A stretch of DNA of 64,000 nucleotides from an uncultured Ruminococcus sp. (GCA_964629445.1 CAZVSE010000001.1:9846-73845), one strand, 5' to 3'; counted from the first letter of the stretch, positions 35,889-46,834 are shown. Numbers and translations: made by a program. Notes: generated by a model from the letters alone, not told the origin.

Positions 35889-36956
35889 ATGCTAAACCGC
35901 CTGCAAAGTCTGCAAGCTGCCCTCCCGCCGCGCGCGGCTCTGCTGGTTAAAAGCGCGCCTAACCGCTTTTACCTGACGGGGTTTGCGTCGAGCGACGGGT
36001 TTATTCTGCTGTCCGCTGAGCGAGCGACCTTCTTCACCGACTCGCGGTATATCGAGGCGGCGCGCACCGCCGTGCGGCATCTTGCCGTCGATCTTTCCAC
36101 CGACGCGACGGCACATATCAAAGAATGGCTCGCCGCCGAGGAGATCGACACATTGCATATCGAAGCCGATATAACGACCGTCCGCTCGCTCGCCGCTCTG
36201 CGAGGGGCGCTCGACGGCGTGACAGTGTCCGAGGAGGACACCTTTGACCGCCTGATCACCGACCTGCGCTGTGTCAAGACCCCTGCCGAGCTGAATGCGA
36301 TGCGGCAGGCGCAGAAAATGACCGACGACACCTTCGCGTATATTACCGAGCATATCGCCATCGGACGCACCGAGCGCGACATTATGCTGGATATGGAGTT
36401 TTATATGCGGCGACTGGGCAGCGAAGGCGTAGCATTCGACTTCATCGTTGTGTCGGGCAAGAACAGCTCACTCCCCCACGGCGTGCCAACCGACAAGGTC
36501 GTGGAAAAGGGCGATTTTATCACGATGGATTTCGGCGCGACGGTGGACGGCTACCGTTCGGATATGACCCGCACCGTCGCGGTCGGTACAGTCAGTGACG
36601 AGCAACGGCGGGTGTACGACACCGTGCTGACGGCGCAGACCGCCGCCCTCGCCGCCATCCGCGAAGGGGCGGTTTGCAAGGATATCGACAAGGTCGCGCG
36701 CGATCTCATCGACGACGCGGGCTACAAGGGGTGTTTTGGTCACGCGCTCGGGCACAGCATCGGCATCGGCGTACACGAGAGTCCCAATTTCAGCCCGCGG
36801 TGTGACACGGTGCTGAAGGCGGGCACGGTGATGACCGTCGAGCCGGGCATCTATCTCGAGGGGAAATTCGGCGTGCGCATCGAAGATATGATCGTCGTCA
36901 CCGAGAACGGGTATGAGAATTTCACAAAAAGCCCGAAGGAATTGCTGATATTGTAA
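35889..36956 (+). CDS. M24-family Xaa-Pro aminopeptidase/dipeptidase
   Basis: Creatinase-like N-domain; DFGATVDGYRSDMTRT, HALGHSIGIGVHE and EPGIY...GVRIED metal-ligand motifs. Confidence 0.88.
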   Translation: MLNRLQSLQAALPPRAALLVKSAPNRFYLTGFASSDGFILLSAERATFFTDSRYIEAARTAVRHLAVDLSTDATAHIKEWLAAEEIDTLHIEADITTVRSLAALRGALDGVTVSEEDTFDRLITDLRCVKTPAELNAMRQAQKMTDDTFAYITEHIAIGRTERDIMLDMEFYMRRLGSEGVAFDFIVVSGKNSSLPHGVPTDKVVEKGDFITMDFGATVDGYRSDMTRTVAVGTVSDEQRRVYDTVLTAQTAALAAIREGAVCKDIDKVARDLIDDAGYKGCFGHALGHSIGIGVHESPNFSPRCDTVLKAGTVMTVEPGIYLEGKFGVRIEDMIVVTENGYENFTKSPKELLIL

Positions 36957-36962
36957 GCTCCT

Positions 36963-36995
36963 CCCCCGCGTGTGCAATACACGCGGGGGGTTTAT
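36963..36995 (+). terminator. Intrinsic terminator after the peptidase gene
   Basis: CCCCCGCGTGT-gcaa-TACACGCGGGGGG followed by TTTATCTT. Confidence 0.7.
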
Positions 36996-37046
36996 CTTGT
37001 GTTTTGCATTGAAATGTCGTATACTGTTAAAAAAGGTGGTGAGGCT

Positions 37047-38066
37047 ATGCAAACAAAACCGATGACCGTTGCGGGATTGGCAGAATATCTGCGGCAGTGC
37101 CGCACGGCGATGCCGCGGGGGGCGGTATTCGTGCGCGGACACGACGCGCCCGACACCGACGCGGTGATCTCAAGCATCGCCGAGGCCTATCGTCGTTATC
37201 TGACTGACGGCACGCCCGCCGTGCCGATTATCCCCGCGGAAAATCTGCCCGCCGAGATCGCGTATCTGCTCGGCGACACACTCGCACCGCTTCTGCTGAT
37301 CGAACGGGATATTTCCGAGGAAATCGCCGCGCCTGATACGCGCTTTATCCTCACCGACCACCACGATGTACACGACAGAAAGGTCATCGCCATTATCGAC
37401 CATCACCCGCCGCACGAAGGGGGCGACCTTAGCGGCATTGACGCTGTTATCCGTCCCGTCGGAGCGGCGACCACACTGGTGACCGAGCGTTGCCGAAGAG
37501 ACGGACTTATCCCCGACGCGGCGATGGCGCGTGTCCTGCTCGGCGCGATCCTGACCGACACCGAGGGGCTATCACCTGCCAAGACCCGCGCCGAGGATCG
37601 CGCGGTGACCCAATGGCTCGCCGCATTATGGGATGGCGACCCCGCCGCGCTGTTCGCCGATCTGCGTGGGCAACTGCTCGCCGAGACCGACTTACCCACC
37701 CTCTACCGCCGCGACTATCGCCGTTTCGGTGATGCGCTGGGGTTCGCGGTCATCAAGGTTTGGGACACCACCCCCGTCAACGAGGACGCTCTGCGCACCC
37801 TGCTCGCCACCGACCGCGAAGGGAGCGGCGTTGCCGCCACACTCGCGAAGATCACCCGCTACGGGCAGAACGGACTAAAAGATGAAACCTACTTTGTCAG
37901 CGCACCACCCGCACGGATGCAGGCGATCACCGACATCATCCGGCGCGTAACAGGTGAGACAACGAGCGTATTTGCGCCGGATCGGGTCGATCTGCCGCCG
38001 TCTGCGGCGCATCTTTCCCGCAAGCGGCTCGTCCCGATTTTACTCCCTTTGCTGAAAAATCCGTAA
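37047..38066 (+). CDS. DHH-family phosphoesterase (family II inorganic pyrophosphatase-like)
   Basis: GHDAPDTDAVISSIAEAY, ILTDHHD, IIDHH and GAILTDTEGL motifs parallel the DHH/PPase II motifs. ATG at 37047 after AAAGGTGGTGAGG. Confidence 0.65.
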   Translation: MQTKPMTVAGLAEYLRQCRTAMPRGAVFVRGHDAPDTDAVISSIAEAYRRYLTDGTPAVPIIPAENLPAEIAYLLGDTLAPLLLIERDISEEIAAPDTRFILTDHHDVHDRKVIAIIDHHPPHEGGDLSGIDAVIRPVGAATTLVTERCRRDGLIPDAAMARVLLGAILTDTEGLSPAKTRAEDRAVTQWLAALWDGDPAALFADLRGQLLAETDLPTLYRRDYRRFGDALGFAVIKVWDTTPVNEDALRTLLATDREGSGVAATLAKITRYGQNGLKDETYFVSAPPARMQAITDIIRRVTGETTSVFAPDRVDLPPSAAHLSRKRLVPILLPLLKNP

Positions 38067-38162
38067 AAACGGAGAATTTGTACTAGTATTTTCCATTATT
38101 GTATGCTACAATAGTTACGCACATTATCCGCCACACAGCGGAATATGAAAGAAGGTTACACA

Positions 38163-39005
38163 ATGGATGCTATGACCAAAAAGGAATTGTCCCTCGTCGC
38201 GACCAATATCCGCGCATCGATCATCGAGGGTACATTCCGCGCCAAGAGCGGTCACCCCGGCGGCTCGCTGTCCATCGCGGACGTACTGGCTTACCTCTAT
38301 TGGAAAGAGATGAATGTCGACCCCGCCGATCCCAAGATGGCGGATCGTGATCGTCTGGTGTTGTCCAAGGGACACGCCGCGCCCGCGCTGTATGCCACGC
38401 TCGCGCACCGCGGCTATTTCTCCACCGATCTCATCCCCACTCTGCGACAGGTCGGCTCGATCCTGCAGGGTCACCCCGATATGAAGCACATCCCCGGTGT
38501 GGATATGTCCTCCGGCTCGCTCGGCCAGGGGATCTCCGCCGCGGTCGGTATGGCGCTCGGCGCCAAGCTCAGCAACGAAAACTGGCGCACCTACACCATT
38601 CTCGGTGACGGCGAGATCGAAGAGGGGCAGGTCTGGGAGGCGGCGATGTTCGCCGCCGCGAAGAAGCTCGACAACCTCGTGGCTGTCGTCGACAACAACA
38701 ACCTGCAGATCGACGGCACCGTCGAAGAAGTCAACTCCCCCTATCCCATCCCCGAGAAGTTCGCCGCGTTCGGCTGGCACGTCATTGAGATCGACGCGCA
38801 CGACTTTGATCAGATCGAAGCGGCGTTCGCCGAGGCGCGTGCGGTCGAGGGTAAGCCCACCGTCATCGTCCAGAAGTCGGTCAAGGGCAAGGGCGTGTCC
38901 TTTATGGAGAACCAGTGCAGCTGGCACGGCAGCGCCCCCAACACAGAACAGTATGAGATCGCGATGGCGGAGCTTAACGCCACACGCAAAGAATTGGAGG
39001 GCTGA
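38163..39005 (+). CDS. Transketolase, N-terminal (TPP-binding) subunit
   Basis: SGHPGGSLS, LSKGHAAPALYA, GSLGQG, GDGEIEEGQVWEA motifs. Start is ambiguous (38145, 38163 or 38172). Confidence 0.92.
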   Translation: MDAMTKKELSLVATNIRASIIEGTFRAKSGHPGGSLSIADVLAYLYWKEMNVDPADPKMADRDRLVLSKGHAAPALYATLAHRGYFSTDLIPTLRQVGSILQGHPDMKHIPGVDMSSGSLGQGISAAVGMALGAKLSNENWRTYTILGDGEIEEGQVWEAAMFAAAKKLDNLVAVVDNNNLQIDGTVEEVNSPYPIPEKFAAFGWHVIEIDAHDFDQIEAAFAEARAVEGKPTVIVQKSVKGKGVSFMENQCSWHGSAPNTEQYEIAMAELNATRKELEG

Positions 39006-39008
39006 GAG

Positions 39009-39956
39009 ATGGCTGACGTGATCAAAAAAGCCACCCGTGAGGGCTACGGCGAGGCGCTCGCCGAGCTGGGTGCGAAAAATCCCAATGTGATCGTGATGGA
39101 CGCCGACCTCGCCGCCGCGACTAAGACCGGCGCGTTCAAGAAGGTGTTCCCCGACCGTTTCATCAACACCGGCATCGCCGAGGGCAATATGATGAGCATC
39201 GCGGCGGGTCTTTCCACCACCGGCAAGGTGGTGTTCGCCTCCTCGTTTGCGATGTTCGCGGCGGGGCGTGCGTTCGAGCAGGTGCGCAACTCCATCGGCT
39301 ACCCCCACCTCAACGTCAAGATCGGTGCCACCCACGGCGGCATCTCGGTCGGCGAGGATGGCGCGACCCATCAGTGCTGTGAGGATTTCGCACTGATGCG
39401 CTCCATCCCCGGTATGACCATCCTCAACCCCGCCGACGTCGTCGAGGCGAAGCAGGCGGTGTTCGCCGCCGCCGAGATGGACGGTCCGGTGTACCTGCGT
39501 TTCGGTCGACTGGCAGTGCCGGTCGTCACGGATGAGAACGAACCCTTCGTCATCGGCAAGGCGAAGACTCTCGCCGAGGGTAGCGACGTCACCGTCATCG
39601 CCACGGGTCTGCTCGTCAGCGCGGCGGTCGAAGCCGCTGAGGCTCTCAAGGCTGAAGGCATTAACGCCCGCGTGCTGAATATGGCGACCATTAAGCCCAT
39701 CGACCGCGAGGCGATCATCGCCGCGGCGAAGGAAACGGGCGCGATCGTCACCGCCGAGGAACACAACATCATCGGCGGTCTCGGCAGTGCGGTCAGCGAG
39801 GTCGTCTGCGAGACGATCCCCGTGCCGGTCGTGCGCGTCGGTGTCAACGACACTTTCGGTCAGTCGGGCCCCGCGACGGAGCTGCTGAAGATCTACGGTC
39901 TCACCGCCGAGAACATCGTCGCGAAGGCAAAAGAAGCCATCGCGATGAAGAACTAA
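39009..39956 (+). CDS. Transketolase, C-terminal (pyrimidine-binding) subunit
   Basis: TREGYGEAL, FINTGIAEGNMM, GATHQCCEDFALMR motifs. Immediately follows the N-subunit. Confidence 0.92.
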   Translation: MADVIKKATREGYGEALAELGAKNPNVIVMDADLAAATKTGAFKKVFPDRFINTGIAEGNMMSIAAGLSTTGKVVFASSFAMFAAGRAFEQVRNSIGYPHLNVKIGATHGGISVGEDGATHQCCEDFALMRSIPGMTILNPADVVEAKQAVFAAAEMDGPVYLRFGRLAVPVVTDENEPFVIGKAKTLAEGSDVTVIATGLLVSAAVEAAEALKAEGINARVLNMATIKPIDREAIIAAAKETGAIVTAEEHNIIGGLGSAVSEVVCETIPVPVVRVGVNDTFGQSGPATELLKIYGLTAENIVAKAKEAIAMKN

Positions 39957-39969
39957 GAGAAACTGACAA

Positions 39970-40010
39970 AGAACCGCCCATCGGGGAAACCCGATGGGCG
40001 GTTCTTTATT
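39970..40010. terminator. Bidirectional terminator (transketolase / rny)
   Basis: AGAACCGCCCATCGGG-gaaa-CCCGATGGGCGGTTCT, a perfect 16-bp stem with a GAAA loop and T-rich flank. Confidence 0.85.
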
Positions 40011-40014
40011 TGCC

Positions 40015-41589
40015 TTATTTTGCGTAGTCGACCGCGCGGTTCTCGCGGATAAGGTTGACCTTGATCTGACCGGGATAGTCCATATTGGACTCGATCTTCT
40101 TCGCGATGTCGCGGGCGAGAATGACCATCTCGTCGTCCGAGACCTTGTCGGGGCGCACAATGATGCGCACCTCGCGTCCTGCCTGAATGGCGAAGGACCG
40201 CTCGACGCCGTCGAAGCTGTTCGCCAGCTCCTCGAGCTTCTCGAGACGCTTAATGTAATTCTCGAGATTTTCGCGGCGAGCGCCGGGGCGTGCCGCCGAG
40301 ATCGCGTCCGCCGCCTGCACGAGGCAAGCGACCACGGTCTTGGCTTCCACATCGCCGTGGTGCGCCTGAATGGCGTGGACAACAGCCTCACTCTCTTTAT
40401 ACTTGCGGGCAATGTCGACGCCGATCTCGATGTGCGAGCCCTCGACCTGATGGTCGACCGACTTGCCGATATCGTGCAACAGACCGGCGCGACGGGCGAC
40501 CTCGGGATCAATGCCGAGCTCGCTCGCCATAATGCCGGAGAGGAACGCCACCTCCATCGAGTGGTCAAGCACGTTCTGACCGTAGCTGGTGCGGTAGCGC
40601 AGGCGACCGAGCAACTTGACGATCTCGGGATTCATCCCGCGCAGACCCGTCTCGAGGATCGCACGCTCACCCTCTGCCTTGATGGTGTTCTCCACCTCGC
40701 GGCGAGCCTTGTTGACCATCTCTTCAATGCGAGCGGGATGAATGCGGCCGTCGGAGATGAGGCGCTCCATCGCAATGCGGGCGATCTCGCGGCGGACCGG
40801 ATCGAAGCCGGACAGGGTGATCGCCTCGGGGGTGTCGTCGATGATGAGATCCACGCCGGTGAGTGTCTCGATGGCACGGATGTTGCGTCCCTCACGGCCG
40901 ATGATACGGCCCTTCATCTCATCGTTGGGCAGCGGCACGACAGACACGGTGCTCTCCGCGACCTGATCTGCCGCCACACGCTGAATGGCGTGGGAGATGA
41001 CGGCGCGGGCGCGCAGATCCGCCTCCGCTTTGAGCTGGGTCTCGTACTCGGCAAGCTTGACCGCTTTGTCGTGCTGCAGTTCCTCACTCAAGCTGCTGAG
41101 CAAGTATTCTTTCGCCTGCTCCTTGGTGAAACCGGAGAGACGCTCGAGCAGCTCATACTGGCTCTTCTTGAGTGCTTCGACGTCCAGCATACGCGCCTCG
41201 ACTTCCTTCTGGCGCTCCTGCAGGGCTTCTTCTTTTTTCTCATAGTTTTCGATCTTGTGGTCGAGGGACTCCTCTTTCTGCTGCAGACGGCGCTCTTGGC
41301 GCTGTACGTCTGCTCTGCGCTCCTTGATCTCCTTCTCGGATTCGTTGCGCAGGTGATAGATCTCGTCCTTTGCCTTGACGATGGCTTCCTTCTTGGCAGC
41401 CTCCGCCTGTGAGCGGGCATCCTTAAGGATGCGATCAGCCTCGGTCTCCGCAGAGCCGATCTGAGCCTCCGCCGTCTTCTTACGGTGGGCAATACCGGCG
41501 CGATAGGCAATCAGCGCCGCCACCAGTCCGCCGATGACCAGAGCGCCGACAGCGGCACCGATCAGGACGGGCAGTTCAAAAACTGGCAT
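40015..41589 (-). CDS. rny: Ribonuclease Y
   Basis: N-terminal TM, long KE-rich coiled coil, KH domain ([13 protein letters not shown]), HD domain (HSMEVA...LLHDIGK). ATG at 41589 after AGGAGG. Confidence 0.95.
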   Translation of the reverse strand: MPVFELPVLIGAAVGALVIGGLVAALIAYRAGIAHRKKTAEAQIGSAETEADRILKDARSQAEAAKKEAIVKAKDEIYHLRNESEKEIKERRADVQRQERRLQQKEESLDHKIENYEKKEEALQERQKEVEARMLDVEALKKSQYELLERLSGFTKEQAKEYLLSSLSEELQHDKAVKLAEYETQLKAEADLRARAVISHAIQRVAADQVAESTVSVVPLPNDEMKGRIIGREGRNIRAIETLTGVDLIIDDTPEAITLSGFDPVRREIARIAMERLISDGRIHPARIEEMVNKARREVENTIKAEGERAILETGLRGMNPEIVKLLGRLRYRTSYGQNVLDHSMEVAFLSGIMASELGIDPEVARRAGLLHDIGKSVDHQVEGSHIEIGVDIARKYKESEAVVHAIQAHHGDVEAKTVVACLVQAADAISAARPGARRENLENYIKRLEKLEELANSFDGVERSFAIQAGREVRIIVRPDKVSDDEMVILARDIAKKIESNMDYPGQIKVNLIRENRAVDYAK

Positions 41590-42003
41590 GGGATACACCT
41601 CCTGTAAAATGTTGTTTACGGGCTTTAAGGCGTTCCCGAGGGGACTTGTTCAATTTTGAAAGACAGAACGGATCGCCAAGCCCGATCCGTGTTATCCAAA
41701 AAGCCGTAAAATACGGGTAAAACCCCCACGGGGTCGCCGAAAAACGATTTGCGACACAGCATCGGCGGGCGGCATATTGCCTCCGACCGCGGATGATGAC
41801 AAACGGCTCGGCTCGCACAAGGCAAAACCTTACCGACTACTATATTACACCATTTGACCAACCGTTGTCAAGGGCAGACGGATGGAAATTGGGTTATATT
41901 TCTAAAAGCGGCGGGGTTTTTCTTTTAAGTAAACACCCCGCACCACCAGCCACCGATCGCATACAATGGTATAGGAGACCGAACGGACGAAAGGGTGGGC
42001 GGT

Positions 42004-42813
42004 ATGGCGATCTTACAGGTGGAACATCTGCGGCAGGTCTATCAGTCGAAAAACGGCGAGACAGTCGCTCTGCAAGATGTCGACTTTTCGATGGAGAAAG
42101 GCGAATTTTACAGTATGGTGGGACCCAGCGGCTGCGGAAAATCCACTCTGCTGTCCATCGTCGCCGGTATGCTGCCCGCCACCGGCGGGCGGGTGGTCGT
42201 CGCCGGCGACACCGTCACCGGACCGAGCAACCACATCGGCTATATGCTGCAGCAGGACAATCTTCTCGAATGGCGCACCATCCGGCAAAATGTGCTGTTC
42301 GGGCTGGAGATCCGCCACCAGCTCACCCCTGAGATGCGCGAGCGCGCCGACCGTCTGCTGGAGACCTACGGGCTGTCCGCCTTCGCCGACCGCCACCCAT
42401 CCCAGCTCTCGGGCGGGATGCGGCAGCGCGCGGCGCTCATCCGCACGCTGGCGATAAACCCTGACATCCTGCTGCTCGACGAAGCGTTCTCCGCGCTCGA
42501 TTATCAAACGCGTCTGGAGGTCACCGAGGACGTCTATCGCATCATAAAACAAGAGCAGGTGACGACGCTGATGGTCACCCACGACATCCCCGAGAGCATC
42601 AGTATGGGCGACAAGGTCATTATCCTGTCAAAGCGTCCCGCGATCATCCGCGAGATACTGCCCATCCGCTTCGCCGCGGACAACCGCACCCCCCTCACCC
42701 GCCGTAATCAACCGGAATTCGGACAGTATTTTAATCATATATGGAAGGAACTGGGGATGAATGAAGCACTTAAGTCGACCGGCATTGTCGCCGGAGAGAA
42801 CCCTCTACCTTAA
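42004..42813 (+). CDS. ABC transporter ATP-binding protein (NitT/TauT aliphatic sulfonate/nitrate-type)
   Basis: GPSGCGKSTLL, LSGGMRQR, LLLDEAFSALD. Confidence 0.88.
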   Translation: MAILQVEHLRQVYQSKNGETVALQDVDFSMEKGEFYSMVGPSGCGKSTLLSIVAGMLPATGGRVVVAGDTVTGPSNHIGYMLQQDNLLEWRTIRQNVLFGLEIRHQLTPEMRERADRLLETYGLSAFADRHPSQLSGGMRQRAALIRTLAINPDILLLDEAFSALDYQTRLEVTEDVYRIIKQEQVTTLMVTHDIPESISMGDKVIILSKRPAIIREILPIRFAADNRTPLTRRNQPEFGQYFNHIWKELGMNEALKSTGIVAGENPLP

Positions 42814-43582
42814 GCAGAACAAACGCCTCGCCCGCCGCATCAGCCTATGCCGCTTCGGCGTGCTCGTGTTCTTTCTGCTCGCATGGGAGGGAGCGGCTCG
42901 GCTGGGGTGGATCAACAGCTTCATCTTCAGCCAGCCCACCCGTATCCTGCGTACCTATCAAACAATGTTCCAAGATGACCTTTTGTACCATATGCAAGTC
43001 ACCGTCGGGGAGACGCTGGCAGGCTTCCTGCTGGGCGCGGCAGCCGGTGTACTGCTGGCGATCCTCCTGTGGTGGAACGAATTCATATCCAAGGTCAGTG
43101 AGCCGTATCTGGTCGTGCTTAACAGCCTGCCGAAGATCGCCCTCGGGCCCGTCATCATCATTATCGCGGGCGCAGGAACCAAAGCGATCGTATTTATGGC
43201 TCTGGCGATCTCGCTGGTCGTGACGGTGCTCGAAATGCTCTCGGGCTTTCGCGACACCGACGAGAACGCCATCCGTATGGCGCGCACCTTCGGCGCGACA
43301 AAGCGGCAGATCTTCACGAAGATCGTCTTCCCCGCCAACATCCCGACCTTGTTCGACTCGCTCAAGGTCAACATCGGTCTGTCACTCGTCGGCGTCATCG
43401 CCGGCGAATTTCTGGTATCCCGCGCCGGACTGGGATACCTCATCGTCTACGGCGGTCAGGTGTTCAAAATGGATCTGGTGATGGCCAGTGTCATCATCCT
43501 TGCCGTGACCGCCGCCCTGCTGTACGAAGCCGTCGCGCTGATGCAACATATCATTGGGCGACGCTTCGGCGGGATAAAGTGA
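42761..43582 (+). CDS. ABC transporter permease (NitT/TauT-type)
   Basis: Six TMs and an EAA-like loop (RMARTFGATKRQIFTKIVFPANIP). Overlaps the ATPase gene by 53 nt. Confidence 0.8.
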   Translation: MKHLSRPALSPERTLYLKQNKRLARRISLCRFGVLVFFLLAWEGAARLGWINSFIFSQPTRILRTYQTMFQDDLLYHMQVTVGETLAGFLLGAAAGVLLAILLWWNEFISKVSEPYLVVLNSLPKIALGPVIIIIAGAGTKAIVFMALAISLVVTVLEMLSGFRDTDENAIRMARTFGATKRQIFTKIVFPANIPTLFDSLKVNIGLSLVGVIAGEFLVSRAGLGYLIVYGGQVFKMDLVMASVIILAVTAALLYEAVALMQHIIGRRFGGIK

Positions 43583-43615
43583 GATACCATCTATACACGA
43601 AAGGATGCGTTTAGT

Positions 43616-44629
43616 TTGAAACACGCAATTCGCCAATGGGTGGCGGTGCTCGCCGCCATCGCCTTGCTCACAGTCGGTTTCGTCGGCTGTAAAAAGAACG
43701 AGGACGGTCTGCAAAAAGTGCGGGTGTGTGAGGTCACCCACTCCATCTTCTACGCCCCGCAATACGCCGCGATCGCCCTCGGTTATTTCGCCGACGAGGG
43801 CATCGAGATCGAGCTATCCAACGGGCAGGGCGCGGACGCCGTGATGGCGGCGGTGCTGTCGGGCAACATTGACATCGGCTTCGCCGGTCCCGAGGCATCC
43901 ATCTACGTCTACAATGAGGGCAACGCCGACTACACGCAGGTATTCGCCCAGATCACCCAGCGGGACGGCTCCTTCCTCATCGGTCGGGAGAACGACGACA
44001 ATTTCACCTGGGATAAGGTCAAGGGCAAGGTCGTGCTACCCGGACGCAAAGGCGGCGTGCCGTATATGACGCTTGAACACGTGCTGCGGGAAAACGGTGT
44101 CGACCCCGCCACCGACACGACGCTGGATAACAGCGTGCAGTATGCGATGATGACCGCCGCCTTCACCGGCGGCACGGGGGATTACGTCACCGCGTTCGAG
44201 CCGACCGCCTCGATGCTCGAGCAGCAGGGTCAGGGATACATCGTCGCCTCGGTCGGCGAAGCCTCCGGCGATATTCCCTACACCGCGTATTTCGCGAAAA
44301 AGAGCACGATTGAGGAAAACAGCGACCTCATCCAGCGGTTCACCAATGCCGTCTATCGCGGACAGCAGTGGGTCGCCACCCACACCGCCGCCGAGATCGC
44401 CACGACCGTCGCGGATCAATTCCCCGACACTGATCTTGCCCTACTCACCAAAGCGGTGGAGAGCTATCAGTCCATCGACGCGTGGAACACCACCCCCGTG
44501 ATGGGCAAAGAAGGCTTCGATCGCCTGCAAAGCGTGATGACCGAGGCGGGTGAGCTTGCAAAGACCGCCGACTACGACAAGGTCGTCAACAACACCTTCG
44601 CCCAAAACGCGATCAAAAACGCCGAATAA
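43616..44629 (+). CDS. ABC substrate-binding lipoprotein (NMT1/THI5-like)
   Basis: Lipobox LLTVGFVGC. NMT1-like body (YAPQYAAIALGYFADEGIEIE). Only a TTG start at 43616 is in frame. Confidence 0.8.
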   Translation: MKHAIRQWVAVLAAIALLTVGFVGCKKNEDGLQKVRVCEVTHSIFYAPQYAAIALGYFADEGIEIELSNGQGADAVMAAVLSGNIDIGFAGPEASIYVYNEGNADYTQVFAQITQRDGSFLIGRENDDNFTWDKVKGKVVLPGRKGGVPYMTLEHVLRENGVDPATDTTLDNSVQYAMMTAAFTGGTGDYVTAFEPTASMLEQQGQGYIVASVGEASGDIPYTAYFAKKSTIEENSDLIQRFTNAVYRGQQWVATHTAAEIATTVADQFPDTDLALLTKAVESYQSIDAWNTTPVMGKEGFDRLQSVMTEAGELAKTADYDKVVNNTFAQNAIKNAE

Positions 44630-44636
44630 ACCCGCA

Positions 44637-44670
44637 CAAGCCGCCGCAGACAGCTGTCTGCGGCGGCTTG
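44637..44670 (+). terminator. Perfect 34-nt palindrome after the ABC operon
   Basis: CAAGCCGCCGCAGACAG/CTGTCTGCGGCGGCTTG; weak T-tract (CCTTATTG). Confidence 0.6.
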
Positions 44671-44708
44671 CCTTATTGTATAATTACATCTAATATAGGA
44701 AAGAATAA

Positions 44709-44737
44709 TTGACAATGCGAGGTAATTATGGTATTGT
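44709..44737 (+). promoter_or_regulatory. Promoter of the glycopolymer cluster
   Basis: TTGACA (44709-44714), 17 nt, TGg-TATTGT (44729-44737). The leader has a hairpin TGCCGATG...CATCGGCA (44751-44782). Confidence 0.55.
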
Positions 44738-44807
44738 ATTGTCGTAAATGTGCCGATGACATCGTGAAAATGTTGCATCGGCATTCTTTCCGTAAAGGAG
44801 CACTTTT

Positions 44808-45719
44808 ATGAGCAAGCGCATCGCGGCGATCGTCGTGACCTACAACCGACAGAGTTACCTCATACGGTGCATCGAGGCACTGAGGCGGCAAAAAAACGCC
44901 GATATGGACATCCTCATCATCGACAACGCCTCCACCGACGGCACGGGCGACGCGCTCGCCCCGCTCGCGGCGGACGGCACGATCCGCTATTTTAACACAG
45001 GCGCTAACCTCGGCGGCGCGGGCGGCTTCCACTACGGCATGCGGCTCGCGGTGCAGGAGGGGTATCGCTACCTCTGGATCATGGACGACGACTGCATTCC
45101 CGATGACGGCGCGCTTGACGCCCTGCTGAAAGCGGATGCTGACCTCGGCGGCAATTATGGCTTTCTATCCGGCGTCGCCTACTGGAAGGACGGCTCTCCC
45201 TGTAATATGAACATTCAGAAGACCGGCCTGCGGGAGAAGATCGAGGACTATACCTCCCCCACCGTACCGATCATTATGGCGACCTTCGTCAGCTGCTTCT
45301 TTCCCGCCGAGCGGGTGGTCGAATTGGGTCTGCCGATCAAGGAGTTCTTTATCTGGTCGGACGACCTCGAATACACCCGCCGTCTATCCCGCCGTTATCC
45401 CTGCTATGCGGTCAACGGCAGCCGTGCCCTGCACGATATGCACTCCAACGCCAAGGTGAACATTGCGACCGATTCCGCCGAACGCCTCGGTCGCTACCGC
45501 TACCTCTACCGAAACGAGGTATTCGTCTATCGCCGCGAGGGGCTGCGCGGGTGGGTCTATCTCATCACCCGCGTCATCTTTCACATAATCAAGGTCTTGC
45601 TCAAATCCTCGGATAAATGGGCGAAGATCCGCGTCATCCTCTCCTCGTTCTTTTCAGGCTTTTCTTTCCACCCCCCGATCGAATATGTCGACAACCGTCA
45701 AGGAGGCGGCGACCAATGA
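44808..45719 (+). CDS. Family 2 glycosyltransferase
   Basis: IVVTYNR...IDNASTDGT...MDDD motifs. Confidence 0.88.
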   Translation: MSKRIAAIVVTYNRQSYLIRCIEALRRQKNADMDILIIDNASTDGTGDALAPLAADGTIRYFNTGANLGGAGGFHYGMRLAVQEGYRYLWIMDDDCIPDDGALDALLKADADLGGNYGFLSGVAYWKDGSPCNMNIQKTGLREKIEDYTSPTVPIIMATFVSCFFPAERVVELGLPIKEFFIWSDDLEYTRRLSRRYPCYAVNGSRALHDMHSNAKVNIATDSAERLGRYRYLYRNEVFVYRREGLRGWVYLITRVIFHIIKVLLKSSDKWAKIRVILSSFFSGFSFHPPIEYVDNRQGGGDQ

Positions 45720-46834
45720 GCACACTACGCGTTTTACAGGTCTTCGGCGAGCCGTTTTCCAACGGCGGTCAGGACAGCTATATTATGAATATGTACCGCC
45801 ACATCGACCGCGAACGGGTGCAGTTTGATTTCTTCACCCCGTTTATGATCCGCAACGAGGCGATGCAAACGGAGGTGGAAAGCCTCGGTGGGCGGATGTT
45901 CGCCGCGGGGCAGCCCTTCGGCGAAGACAACAACCGCTATTTCCGCGAGGGGATCACCGCCTTTTTGTCCGAGCACCCCTATGCCATCGTGCATATCCAC
46001 TCGGGCAGTACCTACGCGCTGATGATCGGTGCGAAGATCGCGCGCCGCTGCGGCGCACGGCGTGTCATCGTCCATTCCCACTGCGGCGGCTTCGTCAACC
46101 TGAAATACAAGGTCGTGCGCGCGCTGTCCTACGCGGCACTGCTGCGCTATCCGACCGATTATTTCGCCTGCTCGCATCTCGCGGCACGCTGGAAATTCCC
46201 CACCCCCATCATCGAGAAGAACCGTTACACCGTGCTCAAGAACGCGGTGGACACGCGGGTATTCCGCTATGACGAGGCGATGCGGGCGCAGACCCGCCGC
46301 GCGCTCGGTCTGGAGGACAAGCTGATCGTCGGACACATCGGGCGTTTCGCGGTACAAAAAAATCACCGCTACCTGCTCGAGGTGTTTGCCGCGCTTGCGA
46401 AGAAAGAGCCGCGGGCGCACCTCGTGCTCGTCGGCTACGGCGATCTGCAGCAGCAGACGCTCGACCGCGCCGAGGAGCTGGAGCTCAGCGACCGTCTGAC
46501 CTTTCTCGGCGTGCGCCGCGATGTCAGTGCGCTGATGAATGCGTTTGATGTATTCCTGTTGCCCTCCTTCTTCGAGGGCTTGCCCGTCGTCGGCGTTGAG
46601 GCGCAGGCAACGGGGCTTCCTGTCGTCACCTCCACAGGGGTGACACCCGAACTGCCCATCGAGGATCTCGTGACGTATATCCCGCTCACCGACAGCCCCG
46701 ACATCTGGGCAGACAAGGTGCGCGAGAGCGCCACCCTGCCTCGTCGGGATACCACCGAGGAGATCATTGCCTGCGGCTATGACGTACAGGTCGCCGCCGC
46801 ACGGATGCAGCACCTCTACGAGGAGATGAACTGA
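45716..46834 (+). CDS. GT4 (GT-B, family 1-like) glycosyltransferase
   Basis: C-terminal FLLPSFFEGLPVVGVEAQATGLPVV (E-x7-E) motif. ATGA overlap with the upstream gene. Confidence 0.88.
   Translation: MSTLRVLQVFGEPFSNGGQDSYIMNMYRHIDRERVQFDFFTPFMIRNEAMQTEVESLGGRMFAAGQPFGEDNNRYFREGITAFLSEHPYAIVHIHSGSTYALMIGAKIARRCGARRVIVHSHCGGFVNLKYKVVRALSYAALLRYPTDYFACSHLAARWKFPTPIIEKNRYTVLKNAVDTRVFRYDEAMRAQTRRALGLEDKLIVGHIGRFAVQKNHRYLLEVFAALAKKEPRAHLVLVGYGDLQQQTLDRAEELELSDRLTFLGVRRDVSALMNAFDVFLLPSFFEGLPVVGVEAQATGLPVVTSTGVTPELPIEDLVTYIPLTDSPDIWADKVRESATLPRRDTTEEIIACGYDVQVAAARMQHLYEEMN

Noticed and set aside
38124-40568. 814-aa minus-strand ORF spanning the transketolase genes and part of rny
   Set aside because: It is antisense to two clearly recognisable transketolase subunit genes. 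It is out of frame with rny, which is on the same (minus) strand. Its translation is R/A/G/D-rich low-complexity sequence with no motifs. This is a typical shadow ORF of a GC-rich genome.
41600-42003. TPP or other riboswitch ahead of the NMT1/THI5-like ABC operon
   Set aside because: There is no CUGAGA / ACCUGAUC THI-box elements or other motif I recognise. Only isolated hairpins are present, and the region also has to hold the divergent rny promoter.
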